Shown: one piece after another, positions 1-12,476 of the stretch
Layout: the number at the start of each line of letters is the position of its first letter
Numbering within the stretch: position 1 is the stretch's first letter
DNA from: Phoronis australis
Lineage: Eukaryota; Animalia; Phoronida
Length of the DNA: 64,000 bases
Assembly: GCA_002633005.1 (NCBI GenBank)
Contig: NMRA01000215.1
Span: 72,690-136,689, forward strand
Direction: 5' to 3'
Program-made: the position numbers and the translations under genes
Notes under the pieces: generated by a model
What the model saw: the letters and a program-made list of their open reading frames with translations, nothing else
Told to the model about the DNA's origin: nothing
Database searches by the model: none

Positions 1-385
1 TCTACACAGTGCAAACCACACTCTAGAGAGACTAAATTCCTCTTAATCTTTAAACTTGTGGAGAACTTGACAGAATAGAATTACTGTCACTAGTCAGGCG
101 TACTGTGCACTAAACAACTGAAGAACTTCGGTATGAACATATGCATGTTGGAAATAAAAATACCTGCATGTACACTTGTGTTAACCATAATAAAAATAAC
201 ATTGAACAGTAGAAACGAAGTACTTCCAAGTGACTCATTCACAAAGAAATGCAATTCAGACATGGCTTTCCAGTAAGGTAATTGAAGTATCTCAAAGTAA
301 CAATTTTTCTCTTTCTTATACAATACAAAAACTTTCCAGAGAACTTGGTCTAAACTGTTGCTACTTTGCTACATAGTCAAAATAC

Positions 386-537
386 CTCAGTATAATAGGT
401 AGGTGGAGGGACAAGAAACTCAACGCCATTCCTCTTGAGCTGTGCCATTGCAGGCACCATGTGATCTGTGTACAGTCCAATGTGTTGAACACCAGCCCCG
501 CCATGAGCCTCAATAAATGTGTCCACTTGATTTGAGC
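386..537 (-). CDS. HPDL: HPDL-like dioxygenase, coding exon 3 (gene continues beyond left edge)
   Basis: tag|GC..GAG|gtattt, 152 nt, phase 1->0; encodes GSNQVDTFIEAHGGAGVQHIGLYTDHMVPAMAQLKRNGVEFLSPPPTYYTE with the HPPD-family GxGVQHI metal-ligand His motif and PPxxYY. Confidence 0.93.
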
Positions 538-674
538 CTAGTAAAATTATACTCTATTAGTAGGCTGCATGCAGCATACTTAACATGCATTTGAAACTGT
601 CGATTTGCAGGGCAAAATGAACAGAATGAGATTTGAATTAAAGAATAATCCAGGTGAATATCTAAGACATTAGT

Positions 675-1052
675 CAGGGCTCGACATAACGAGCTGCAGG
701 TCGCATTTGCGACCTGAAATTTGGAAATGCGAGCTGAGATTTTTGTCAGCTCGTATCAAGTCGCAAAATGCGACCTGGAATTTCCAACGAATGCGAGCTG
801 AGTTTTTACATTTCTCAACAGATACCTGGCAAATACAAAGCAGCTCTTGTTAATCCGACCGTTATTTGGTCGCTGCCAAATCCAAGTTCAAAACAACACT
901 AACGGGGACAGCCCTCCCGATGACTTGTAAGCAAGTCGCGTGAACATGGGATATGCAGTATCGATCTTCGACGCGTATCATTGGCTAACTCTTTCGGCCA
1001 CTTTTGTAAATTCCCGGATTCGCCGAAGAAAGTTTCGGGCCACTGCTTAACA
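675..1052. mobile_element. End of a hAT-like non-autonomous DNA element, truncated by assembly gap
   Basis: Begins CAGGGCTCGAC followed by repeated GTCGCA..TGCGACC / TGCGAGCTGA subterminal motifs; similar CAGGGCTCGAA start near 53176; other end not visible (Ns 1053-1198). Confidence 0.4.
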
Positions 1053-1799
1053 NNNNNNNNNNNNNNNNNNNNNNNNNNNNNNNNNNNNNNNNNNNNNNNN
1101 NNNNNNNNNNNNNNNNNNNNNNNNNNNNNNNNNNNNNNNNNNNNNNNNNNNNNNNNNNNNNNNNNNNNNNNNNNNNNNNNNNNNNNNNNNNNNNNNNNTT
1201 AGTGGATGATGAATTCTGTAAAAGGTGAAAAATAAATTAATCACCTAATTATATTGAGAAGTTCGTATTATTTTAATAATCGTCTTTACTGTTCGGTTTT
1301 GCTGCATTGTTGTAAAGATTCAAGAAATAGCATTTAATTCACATACAAATAGCTTTGCCTTTCCCATTAACTTAATACCACCTTGCATACGCCAGTAGAA
1401 AATAAGCTACATCTAGTACAAAAATCTTCATTTAAAAAGCTAAGCATAATTTCCTTTCCGACAAATTATCACCATTAGTATTAAAATACTTGCAGTATTT
1501 ATCTGCTTACGGTAAAATCTCAGGACACAAAATAGCCGACAAGTGAAATTTCATTTATAATTTGTTCATAGCACATAAATAGCACCATATAAATGCGAAA
1601 TCGTTGTAAAGATCTATACCATAGCCACCACCAGATAATGATTGTGAGAAATTTCGGGCAGTTACAATGTTAGAAGTCTTTGAATAACAAAAACAGAGAA
1701 ATTTTGACAATAATTTATTGGTCAGATTTTACCGTAATTTCATTTTAACTCACAATTAATGATGAAATTCTCTTACAGTATTTCATCACTTAATAATAC

Positions 1800-1954
1800 C
1801 TTGACCTGGGAGTGCTTCAGCGAGAACAATTTTCAAGGAGTCCTCTGTGTGTGGAAAGTTAAAGCCCGATTCAGCGCACCTCCAGTACTGCATAGCAAGC
1901 AGTCGTAGTCCCACGTCTTGGCCTTGGACAAAAAAGCCATCCTCCGTTTCTTCG
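1800..1954 (-). CDS. HPDL: HPDL-like dioxygenase, coding exon 2
   Basis: cag|C..G|gtatta, 155 nt, phase 2->1 fits both neighbours; (N)EETEDGFFVQGQDVGLRLLAMQYWRCAESGFNFPHTEDSLKIVLAEALPGQ(G). Confidence 0.9.
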
Positions 1955-2285
1955 CTGTAAATTTAAAGCATTTTTAACAAATAACACAAGTAACCAATTT
2001 TGCAATTTTGTCAACTTTCTGCAACCTTCAAAAATTCTTTATTATATATTACCGGAGAGTCAGTGGGCCAAATTTTCAAAATTGTAATACTTTACAAAAA
2101 AAGCAAAGCCTTTTGGGTTTTGATGATGAACAAATGAGGCAATCTGGGTTGCTTTTAATTCTGTTTTTAATTTAAGTGTCTGAGCCTCAGGTAAATATAC
2201 ATAGTAAATTAAGGCCAATAAAAATAAAGTAAAATCTCCTCTGAAAATAAATCCTCAACAGTAAAATTGGTGTAGTTATACTCAC

Positions 2286-2965
2286 TTATTAATATGAAAA
2301 CGTTCTGTTCCAAAACATTTAGCATACCAGTCCATAACGTCCTCAGAGGTCTGTTTTGGTAGTGCAAATGTTATATGATCTACATGGCTTAACACTTCTG
2401 ATCCAGTTTTATCTACAGATTCTTTACCACTAGGAACGGGTGTGAAGCCAGGTAAAAATTGACCCTGATAATTTTTGTCATCCACCAACGTGTGTATCAC
2501 GTCTCCTACGCATGACTTAACAATAGCGAAGTTTACGTAACCATTTGCATCACGAATCACCGTGGGTTCTTGTAAAATGGTAGCACTCGAAGTTCGACTC
2601 GCTATTCTTTCTACACACTTTTCGACATTTTTGACACGAATGGCGATGTCAAAGACAGAGTCCGATGCAAACAATTGACTTGAGGTAGACAAATATTGCA
2701 GAAAGTGTTCAGAATATAAACAAGCTGTTTGACATTCGCCGGCCGAATCGCGTGCTGAGCTTGAGGTCGGCACGGTCACGTCAGCTACTTTGTGACTGGT
2801 TTCCGTCACTAAGATGCGCAAAATTCCACTTCTTAGAACCCATTGGTTTACATCTTCACTATTCCGCGCAGCAGTCACTTTAAAGTGAAACAATTCTGTG
2901 AACTTTTTGATAACTTTCTTGGCAATCCTCGTGCGAATTCCAACATGATGCAAACACAAGGCCAT
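2286..2965 (-). CDS. HPDL: HPDL-like dioxygenase, coding exon 1
   Basis: ATG at 2965 (MALCLHHVGI...), DSVFDIAIRV, GDVIHTLVD..YQGQFLPGF, VDHITFA (first metal His); donor AA|gtgagg at 2285. N-terminus and GLRL motif fit HPDL better than HPD. Confidence 0.9.
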
Positions 2966-3037
2966 TTTATTACCTCCTTTTCGAGAGATCACTGTTTCTC
3001 ATCTCCTTAATTGGAGAGTGGTAGTTTTTATGCAACT

Positions 3038-3180
3038 AGGCGTGCGTTCAGTAGACGCTTGGACCTAGCTAAAACGTAGTAAAAGTCACGTGTTCTCATT
3101 GAAAATGCACGGCAATATCTCACGTAATCTCGCGAAGTCTTGCTTTTTAGCGAGGTCCTAGGGTTACTGAACGGGAGGCT
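3038..3180. mobile_element. Short palindromic MITE-like element just upstream of the HPDL start
   Basis: Arms cgttcagtagacgcttggacctagctaaaa / ttttagcgaggtcctagggttactgaacg are imperfect reverse complements; loop contains GTCACGTG and TCTCGCGA. Confidence 0.55.
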
Positions 3181-6100
3181 GATACCGTAGATTTTTCGTC
3201 TAATCTAACTAGTCCTGGGTGCACACTCTGAGTTTCCCTATTCGACTTCCTTTTTGCGAATTTTGAATCACTATCCGTTACGTTCTCTCATAGGACGAAG
3301 TCCAAAAGTAGTGTCGGCCCACCCGACTGGGTCAATGATGATCACATGTGTCAGTGCATATGTCAGAAAAGCTTAGTTGCAGGTTGTGGTTTTATTTGAA
3401 AATCGAGTCGGTGGTGTGGTATTTTTTAGTTTTTCATTTAAACAAGGAAAATCCGTCAGAGGTGAGCAAAAATGATGAGGGATTGTTTTGTTTTTCGATC
3501 ACTTGTCAAACAAATCATGGCGTTAGTTCAGCTTAGTTGCGGCTCACGTACGCCGTGCCCGCCGTTCGTGAAACTTTTCAAAAATAACAAACCTTGGCTG
3601 AAATTGACAAGGATGGGTGGTTTTTCTTTAGTCTGTGGGCGCAGTGTCTCAAAGTGAGTAGGGGAACCACCACAGTGACTTTTGCGTTTTTGTCCATAGT
3701 CGTATACCACAGATACGTACTGGCGCCTCGAAGTCAGTGCGTTGGCAGGTTTGATCTCGGTTTCAAGTGACACCCAGTTCTAGCACAACAACACGTCAGG
3801 AACAATTAAAAAGGTCTGGTTACGCGCTTCTAGAGCTCTTCAAAGTTGTAATTCTGGTCTTATACGAACAGAGAAATCGACTCAGTGCGAAATCACTATA
3901 TAGGCCATGAACAAGCTAGAATTGCAAAAACCTAGTTGGATGACTTTTTTGGACAAAGTTTTTGAAATCTGTAGGAAATTTGCTTTAAAATCTAATGTTG
4001 GCTTATGTCACGCTTTAGCAGGAAGAGTGAAAGTTCTGGCCCAAGGTCAAAGTTTCGCTTTTGAGTTCTTTGCCCCCTACCCCCGGTTTTTTCTTCAGCC
4101 TATACATTCCCAGCAGGAGTGAAAAGGCCAAATACACTGAGACACAACAAAGTTAAGGCAGTCGCATCGATTTCAACTTAAAAACTGTTCATTAACGTGG
4201 CGCTGCTGAGACCCGAGTTAAACGAATGAATTGTTAAAGTTCACATTAAACTGAATTTCTTGTAGGCTATACATCGGGTGGGTACAAAATTCATGAAGCC
4301 TCGAACCCTAGAATTTTATGACAAAAATCGCGGAAACATTTAATCGGTGTCTTCAAAACTTTTTAGACTGAGTCTAAAATAATCGTCAATAAAATGCCAC
4401 TGACCTCGCTGAGAGTGTGTGCCTTTTCACGACTGCGGAAGAACAGGCTGGCCACGAATACAATTTGATGCCCCGTTTGCGTCTGCGGACATTCGTCGGA
4501 CGTAAGAAACTCGTGTTCAAACGAAGTGATAATTTCCAGGGTTTTATATTGAATCGGCAAGTTCAACAATTAAAGTAATAAGTTACACAAGGAACCCGAT
4601 CGATCGTCGAGGTCAGCAACTTTCCAGTTTTTGCCTCGTCTAGCTTGACCTTATTACGGTCATTTCCCGGGACCCATGTTCTTGTAACGTCTCCGGCATT
4701 CCCCATCCCGGTGTCAATTGCTCGATCTTGACTCAGTGGTGCAGCATGATCGACCGCTTTATACATGTACGTACAGTCGTCAGTAGAGTGAAAGACATTA
4801 CAAGTTCTTGAGAAAGTATGATATTTAGCTCAGTGCACGAGTTGGATGCAGAACTCGGCATACTGCGTTTGTTGTTGATCGTCGCATTCTGGTAACTCTT
4901 CACAATGAATATTTATTTGCTATGATCGTAACACCAACAACTTTAGTGCATCAGAGATAAAATGTTAATTAAAAATAGATCCGTTGTTGAAAAGAATGTG
5001 AACACTCGTAAAATCTTGTCTGGTTTCTATTCCAAACTAGTCAAAAGCACTTTTGGTAGAATATAAGGAATCAGCGACTTTAAAAGTTGTCATCATTGAT
5101 TGTCCATCTGTTGCAACGTTTTCTGCTTGCTAAAAAAACGCAAAAACGCAGCGATGCGTTTAAAATAACGTCCTTAGCACCGTTTCAGCTACCTCTGGAC
5201 TTACCCACTGTGATAGAAACGGGCCGTTGATACGGCCCGAGGCTAATGACCGCCAGGTAATCTCATGAGATGCCATCCAATCTAGAACAGTTGTGTACTA
5301 TCATGTTTTGACAGCCACCCATCTGGAATAGACAAACATGCCATAATGAGATTTAATAATAGATGCTTTACCCAATGCCGACGGAGAATCTTCCAACCAT
5401 AAGCCTTGTGCGATACTACTGATTCTAGTTGACGGCATTCGGTATGTTGCTACAGAAACTGGCCACCCGTGGTTATGTGCCCTGTGAAAAGGACTAAGCG
5501 TAGAAATAGAATAACTACATTCATGGAAGAAATATTCGTTAAAAACATTCGTGTTCACTAGCCTATAGAAAATCTTTTATGATGAAATTGATGTTTTGAA
5601 ATTAGGCCCCTAATAATTTTTGTTTTAAGTAGGTCGGGTATCCGGCTTTGTCCACGTCCGTTGGCATGGAGATGCAATTGATGTGTAGGTAACTGTTTGA
5701 ATCTCAAGGAAAGCGGTCATGAAATCAAAAAGTTGAATCACTATACCCCCCCCCCCCCGGCTCCGTAAACGTGCATTTAGCGTATATTTGCAAACGATTA
5801 GATAACTAGGCCGTCTATATTCGATTGAGCAACGCGTGTTTGACAGGGAGTAATTATCTTGGGTAAACAGAATATGCATAACAACGAACATGCAATACCA
5901 GAATAATTAAGTAAAATCGTTATGCAGTAAGCCTATTTATGATATTCTAATAATTTGTGGAAATGTTGAAAAAATTGGGCAACCGGAAAATACTAAGACG
6001 GACATAAACCTCAGTCTGTTGCGACGGCTCATGACACCCAGACAAAGAACAAAGACTGTTTTAGCAGGTTAAAATCGTGCCTTGTGTTGTCGCCAGTTAT

Positions 6101-7071
6101 ACGTCATCGTACCCAGAATGTCTGTCCTTAATTTCAAAAAATTGTCACAGTATGCCGTGTTAAAATGATAACTAAAATGGTAGATGGCATTAGTAGGCTA
6201 TTGATCGCTGAAGATAGTTTTAACCGTGGAGCACTGTCGGAGGAAAGTGGCTCCGAGTTTCAATAGCTTGTGCGTCAGCTACACTTGCGACTTGAAATGG
6301 TATCCTATGCTTTGTAATGAGATCATACTTGGTTAAGTATACTGTAAATTGGAGATTCCCAATACCCCTATTAGCAAAGCTTAGTTCTTGTTGAACTTTG
6401 CTAATAAGAGGATTGGTAATAACCGTTTTGTATTAAATATGATATTTTTACCCTTGGAACAAAAATTATCCCCTTAGCGCCCCACCAACTGACCCAGGTC
6501 TCGAAAGTGAATCCATCGGTTATCATGCTTGACGGACCTGAACAGCGTGTACAAAGTGGCTACAAACTCATTTTCCATTACAAGAACAACTGTTGAGACA
6601 ACGTACAGTTATGAAACTAACGTCAAATTTTCCTTAGTCAAATTGGAGGCGATTTCATGACATCGGAAGAACTGATGCTTCGTTATAGGTACGCGTAAGG
6701 CCTACTGATTTCAGGTACGCGTTGATTAACCATTTATCCAGGCTCAATAAGTACGGGCATTATAACGCACAGAAACATACTAGTTTAAAAATCCTTTGGT
6801 GCTTCATGTCTTCTGACAGCGCTGATTCGACAACGCGAGTTCCTTATCCTACAAGACTCTGGCTTTGAGTAATTGTTAGACAGATGAGTACATTTAGATT
6901 TATTTGTCAGGAAAGTAATTTGCGGACTTACTGAAGGTTAACTATGCTTTGACACAATTGCGAAAAATGCTTGATAACTCTATGTGCCACTTGGGCTAAA
7001 AAAATTCTAAAACGTCGTAGATGGGGGTTCTCGTTTTGGTCGATAGATGGCAGTTGCTGGCACCAGCACTC

Positions 7072-7464
7072 CTGGGCCCGGTCTCCGGCAACGGAACTCG
7101 AAATTAGGTTTGGCATTTTCTACTCTACTTTTGGGTGAACTCAAGATAAGTGTCTATTATTCTATGCTCGAGTACACAATAACTTACGTAGATAATTTAT
7201 TGCCCTTAGTTCACAGTTTGTAAACCCAATATTAAAGCAATAAGTTCGAGTTTGAACTCGAAATTTCGAGTTTTTACTCGAGTTAATAGCACGAATATAA
7301 GGGTCTTCAAGGGCAAACTTGAACTAGAAACTCCTATGCATAAACTATAATGTATTCGAGCACAGTCTGATAACCAATTATCTTAAGTTCGCACAAAAGG
7401 AGCAGAGAAATTGCCAAAAATAGTTTTGAGTTCGTTTCGAGTACAAAGATTAGAGACCCGGCCC
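7072..7464. mobile_element. MITE family A copy (TIR approx. CAGGGCCCGGGGTCTAAT)
   Basis: Ends attagagacccggccctg; internal GAACTCGAAA motifs shared with copies at 9219-9610 and 54557-54943. Confidence 0.6.
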
Positions 7465-7595
7465 TGGACAAGAAGACAGACAACGTGATATTGTTAGCAT
7501 GAAATCTCATACTTGGGACAACACACAATGTGATGCAAATGTTGATCCCCTGTCTATGTTAAATTTATGAGTAAGCTAAAATGCAAGACGTGTAT

Positions 7596-7676
7596 CTGTG
7601 CGTGTTTTGTGCGTGTGTGTCTATGTGTGTGTGTGTGTGTGTGTGTGCGTGCGTGCGTGCCTGTGTGCGTGCGTGC
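7596..7676. repeat. (TG)n/(TGCG)n microsatellite
   Basis: Direct reading of gtgtgtgt...gcgtgcgtgc. Confidence 0.95.
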
Positions 7677-9218
7677 TGACCGCTTGAAAGTGGTTTCAGG
7701 ACTGAAGTTACGCGTATGAAAGTGTACTTTTGTTTACATGTTCGTCTGGAGACCTACGTTCCCAATTAGTGTTGCTTATTGAGTACTTCATGAAAATTAA
7801 TATCTTATTTATGCAAGACTTTTCAAAAAATTCCAAATTTGACTAACTTGCGAACATCGTATGTCAAAAATGACTGATTGGATTCCCACGAAACTGTCAG
7901 ATACTGTGGTTCGTGCACTGTTCTAGAAATGCTGATAGGAATCGTTTTAAAATGTTCCACTTTTTCATGAGGGGCTACCAAAAATATGACTTTTATGATT
8001 TTAATGAAGAAATAGAAAACTGTTTCTGAGATTTTTATCAAGTGAAATTTGGTTGTGTTATTGATAGTCCTGCATGTTTTGCTACCAATATACGTTTCTT
8101 TTATACTAATTACTAAAACATTGTTACCTGACCCGATTAATGGCAGGTCGGTAATAAGTAAATAGTCAAATTTTGCAACCTTACTGTTTTCAGAAAGTAT
8201 ATGCTTTTGTGGAGTTAACATCTAAATTTTTGTAGGTATTTGGTTAAACACACAGACATGTCGATAAGATCCTAAGTATATGGAGCGTCTTTTGACTGTT
8301 CACTATGGTTCTACTATTATCAGAACGGAGCTTTAAAATTGGCCATTTTCAACCAATATACGACAAATTTTGAGACGATTTGTCCTTGTTTTCGTCACTG
8401 TCTGTGTGAGTGATATTACATCAGTGAATTCATCTATTATTCATTGCCAAACATTTCGAAAACAGTTCACTCTCAGTAGTCAATAGGTAGTCATTAACAG
8501 ACCAATGTCTTGTCTTCAGGAACGTCTATATAGATTTTAATTATTAAAATAATTTGGCCTAAAACGAGGAATTTGAAAATTAAGCAACGTTAAAACGACG
8601 TTCAGTTCCAAAAAGTTGTTTGAAGCGCGCCAAAAATGTCATGAAGCGCGCATCAAATTTGTAGTTCCAATAGTTTTAGGCAGACTGCTCGTAAACGGAC
8701 AATAATTTCCAAGGTTCAGTGCATTAAGTTTACGACAAATTAATAAAAGCGGCTTGCACACAAGATGACCTCTTCGTTTATCTCAGTTTATTGTATGTAA
8801 AGTCGATTAATACTATTTCAGCTAAATGCATTCCGTATTCATTAGTTACCGGTATTTACGATTGACAAGACAAAACAAATAAAATACGGGTTGTGTCATC
8901 GTCAGGTTATATAAAATTAATAGAGGGTTTCAGTAATATTACATTAAGTGGGCGTGCTCGTGCAGACATGAATTTACACGAAAAGGTGATTCTAAGATTG
9001 CACGACTTAAGCAGAATCACCCGAGGACTCTCGAATGTTCTCTGACTAACTAAGCTCTACATCGGATGCAGTCTAACTCGGTACTGTTCCAGAGGCAAGT
9101 TTCATGTGAGAAAAGCAAGATCACACAAGTCTCCGAGAGATGTCGCTATGCATTACAAACGAAGCAAATAATCACACTTAGTGTCTAGCTCCTCGTGTCT
9201 ACGGAATTGAATTCATCC

Positions 9219-9610
9219 CAGGACCCTAGGTGTAATCTTTATACTCGAAATCGAAATTATTTTTTGAAATTTTCTATTCTGCTTTTGTGTTAACTCAAGA
9301 TATCTGACTTCTAGTTTGCGCACGAGTACAGTACTGGTTACGTGGAAAACTGCTTAATTAACCATGACTTGCTCTTGATGACCCCAGCATTAAAGCTTCA
9401 AGTTTGAGGCTGAGCTCGAAATCCTGAATTTTTACACGTCTGAGGATTTTTAAAATACGAACTTGTACAAGACATTCATCTACGTACATAATAGTTTACT
9501 TCGAGAACGGAATACCATACAGTTATCTTGAGTTAATAACGAAGTAGAAAGGAAATTTAAAACTATTTTTGAGTTTGATTTCAAGTACAAATATTAGACC
9601 CCGGGCCCTG
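9219..9610. mobile_element. MITE family A copy
   Basis: caggaccctaggtgtaatcttt ... attagaccccgggccctg; colinear with 54557-54943 (shared agcattxaagct...ctcgaaat and gaacttgtacaaga). Confidence 0.7.
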
Positions 9611-9885
9611 AATTATCACACGCATTTAACTTGGAGATTAACGTTTTCCGTACAAATGCGAACTTCAGTAACACTTCAAACTGGACAACGATTGCCTTAA
9701 GAGTGAAACTTGGGCATGCGCAGATAATGTTCACCTCCAAATTGAAATTTGAGGCTACGTGATGTGTTCCGAATACTTCGCACGCACACATACATGCACT
9801 TTTGCTAAAACTCTTGATAACACATCTACACAAAACTCTTTCAATGAGTGGAAATTTTCAACATGGCTATTAACACAGTTCAGTT

Positions 9886-11537
9886 CTATATCAAACCGCC
9901 CCTGGCTCCTCTGCCTCTTCTTCCGGAGTGGGCGCTGGAACGTGATCTGTACTTCGTGCCATGACGCTCAACTTTCGTCAAGCGTCCCCTGCCATAACCG
10001 TAAGCGCCAGCGTGAACGCCAGGCCGTAAAGCCGCGTGATGCATACCGGCGCCCATTGAGAAACCAAAATGATTTCTCCCGTAGCCACCGTATTTTCTTG
10101 AATCTCTGTCCATACCACCAAGGAACAAGATATCAGTACCTGCACCGAAGCCCCGTTTGTCCTGTTTTCTGAAGAGGTGTGTTCCGTCGTCAGAATCCCA
10201 CTGGTCATCGTCAGAGGAATCACCTTTTTCATTATCAGGAGAGTTTTTCACGACTTCGATTTCAGGCGCAGAATTTTCTATTTCTTTTACTTTCCGAGTC
10301 ATGACTGGAGAGTTGTCAGGAGAGGTAGTAATTTTCATTCCCGATGTATGGATCTGGCGGAGCAACTGTCCAACGCCGGTAGCCTTCCCCATCGCGCCTA
10401 TTCGTTTTTTCCTGGTGCTAACCGACTCCAATGGTTTATTGGCCTCTGGCAAAGTATCAGAGTTTTCGGAGCTCTTTGGGTTTGCGTCCGAACTAATTTC
10501 TGGGTTATGATCAGAATTTTCGATGGACGACGGCATTCGCTTTCCATCCTTCGACGTAGTCTCGCGACTCTCTTCGCTTGTAGTTCTCTTTAGTATTGAA
10601 TTTATTTTCTCCTGACTTTGGTCTAGTTCGTCACGTAAGCTAATCATGTTTCGCAAAACATTCACCAATTTGAATGCTTTCCGATGCGACTTCCGATCTT
10701 CGTCACTGTCGTCTGCCTTTTCAATATCTACCAGCGGTTCACGATCAGACGACGAAACTTCGACTTTAGAGGTGTCAGATACAATGTCAGAAGACTCCTT
10801 GGGGACGCTAAGCGTTATTTCGGAAGCCTCTATTTGTGCTGAATCATAAACATTACAAGTTTTTGGTGACGTGCTTGCTTCTTCGTCTTCTCTAACGGGT
10901 TCTGACAATTTAGTTTCCTCGATGACTACTGCCGCTTCCACTGGCTGTGGGTGAATCTCAACGGTAGGTTCGGTATTTGCTGGTTTTACAACCGGAGTGG
11001 CAGACGACAGTTCGGACGAGTCGGTTTTAGCAGTCGATGACGGAATGCGTTTTGCGGCATGTTCGCTTTGAAGCGAGTCTTTGCCTTCAATTTGTTCAAG
11101 TGTGGCTAATTTAATTTTGTTCCATTTACTTTTCTTTGGAATGGTTATCTGTGGTCGTTCACGTGGTCGGTCTTTCTTTCTAATACTGTCGATCACGTGC
11201 ACAAGTTTCGGCGCTTGGCTCAAACTAAGCGATTCAAACAAACGCTCAAGTTCCATTTCCAGATCTCTTATCTCCTCGTACACCGAACTGTGCATACTCT
11301 TCATAGTTTTTAAAATGCCTTCAATTTGCTTTCTGTTTGGGTACACGACTATTTGCACGGACGACAAAGCCTCGAAGTACTGCGGCGCATACGTTTGCGA
11401 CAGCGTACCCAAATCGCTAACGCGATCGTTCCAAAGTTCGTCGAATTCTTTCTGTGAGATCATACCCGTACTGTTGTATGCTAGTTTGTTCCTGTACACG
11501 CGAATGCGAGCGATGCACGCCTCTGGTCTGTTATCAC
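9886..11537 (-). CDS. DZIP3-type HEPN-domain protein, last coding exon (HEPN C-half, coiled coils, disordered region, RG-rich tail)
   Basis: Acceptor ttttcag|GT phase 1; 1652-nt open frame; ACIARIRVYRNKLAY...ISQKEFDELW matches the HEPN_DZIP3 pattern (R.K.YRN..AH...I....F...W). Confidence 0.88.
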
Positions 11538-12435
11538 CTGAAAACAAACACAGGTATACTTGAAAACCCCTCAGCCGAGAAGAAGAACGAATTGTTGGGC
11601 GAACTTTCCACTAAAAAAGTACCTTGATTCCGTCTCCGAGTACAGACTCAAAATCAGACTAGCCAAAAATTCTGTACGAAAGCGTTCTCACAGCCGTTAT
11701 CAATTGAACTCTCTTTTGCGGTGAAAAACCGTTTGAGTGAGACGCCAATTGAACATTTAAGGGTTTCGCTACCAAGGAAAGCGTAAGAAAATTCTAACTT
11801 GCTTCTTATCTCGCAAAATATCTACACTGACAAACTCTATCAAACATCTTTTTAATGTTAGTTTGGGAACCATTCTACACTAGCAACATGCCAAATTTTG
11901 CTACCAAACTCTTGGTAGTTTGAAAATATTTTGAAAATTTGCAGGTAATGTTTTGGATCGTTTGAACGTTTTGGGCGACAGAAGAAGGACGATCTATGTG
12001 CACCACTTAATTCTTACTGTGGCCGAGAGGCGGCGTCGCCTCCGAGATAGCAAGCCTTTGCAAGTGGACCAGAAATTGATTTAAAAATGGCGACAACATG
12101 GAGAACGCCACTGTCTTATGCCAAAGTTAAATATTTTTGCGAAACAAGGTTACACAAACGTCCTCAGAATGTATTAGCCTAGTTTCGTACAACTATTGAA
12201 GAAGTTGGAGCCATTAATCCCGAAGTAGGACACGGTGCTGAGATCTTTTAGAAATTACTATACATACGAAAAATTATTTGAAAAACTAAACTCAGTAAAT
12301 CACTAAAAAGAATTGAAGAGTACATCTTTCGTAAAATACGAATTACAACTGAGTCAATGTAAGGGTAAAGGTTAGAAGTAATAGAAATCATTACAATCAT
12401 GCCAATAACAATAATAGAAAACATGAATAATAGCA

Positions 12436-12476
12436 ATGATGATGATGATAAATTGATAATGATGATGATGATAATA
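12436..12476. repeat. (ATG)n-like microsatellite
   Basis: atgatgatgatgata...atgatgatgatgataat. Confidence 0.8.

Noticed and set aside
981-1244. ORFs spanning N runs (also 46931-47293 and 61314-61695)
   Set aside because: Artefacts of assembly gaps.
2966-2992. N-terminal extension MISRKGGNK of the HPDL ORF
   Set aside because: The ORF track starts at a non-ATG codon; the first ATG at 2965 matches the family N-terminus.
4363-4900. GC-richer stretch with short minus-strand ORFs
   Set aside because: No recognisable protein motif or consistent splice structure; a gene cannot be supported.
9759-11563. Several 67-160 aa ORFs overlapping the long HEPN exon
   Set aside because: Antisense or alternative-frame shadows of a long coding exon; no recognisable motifs.
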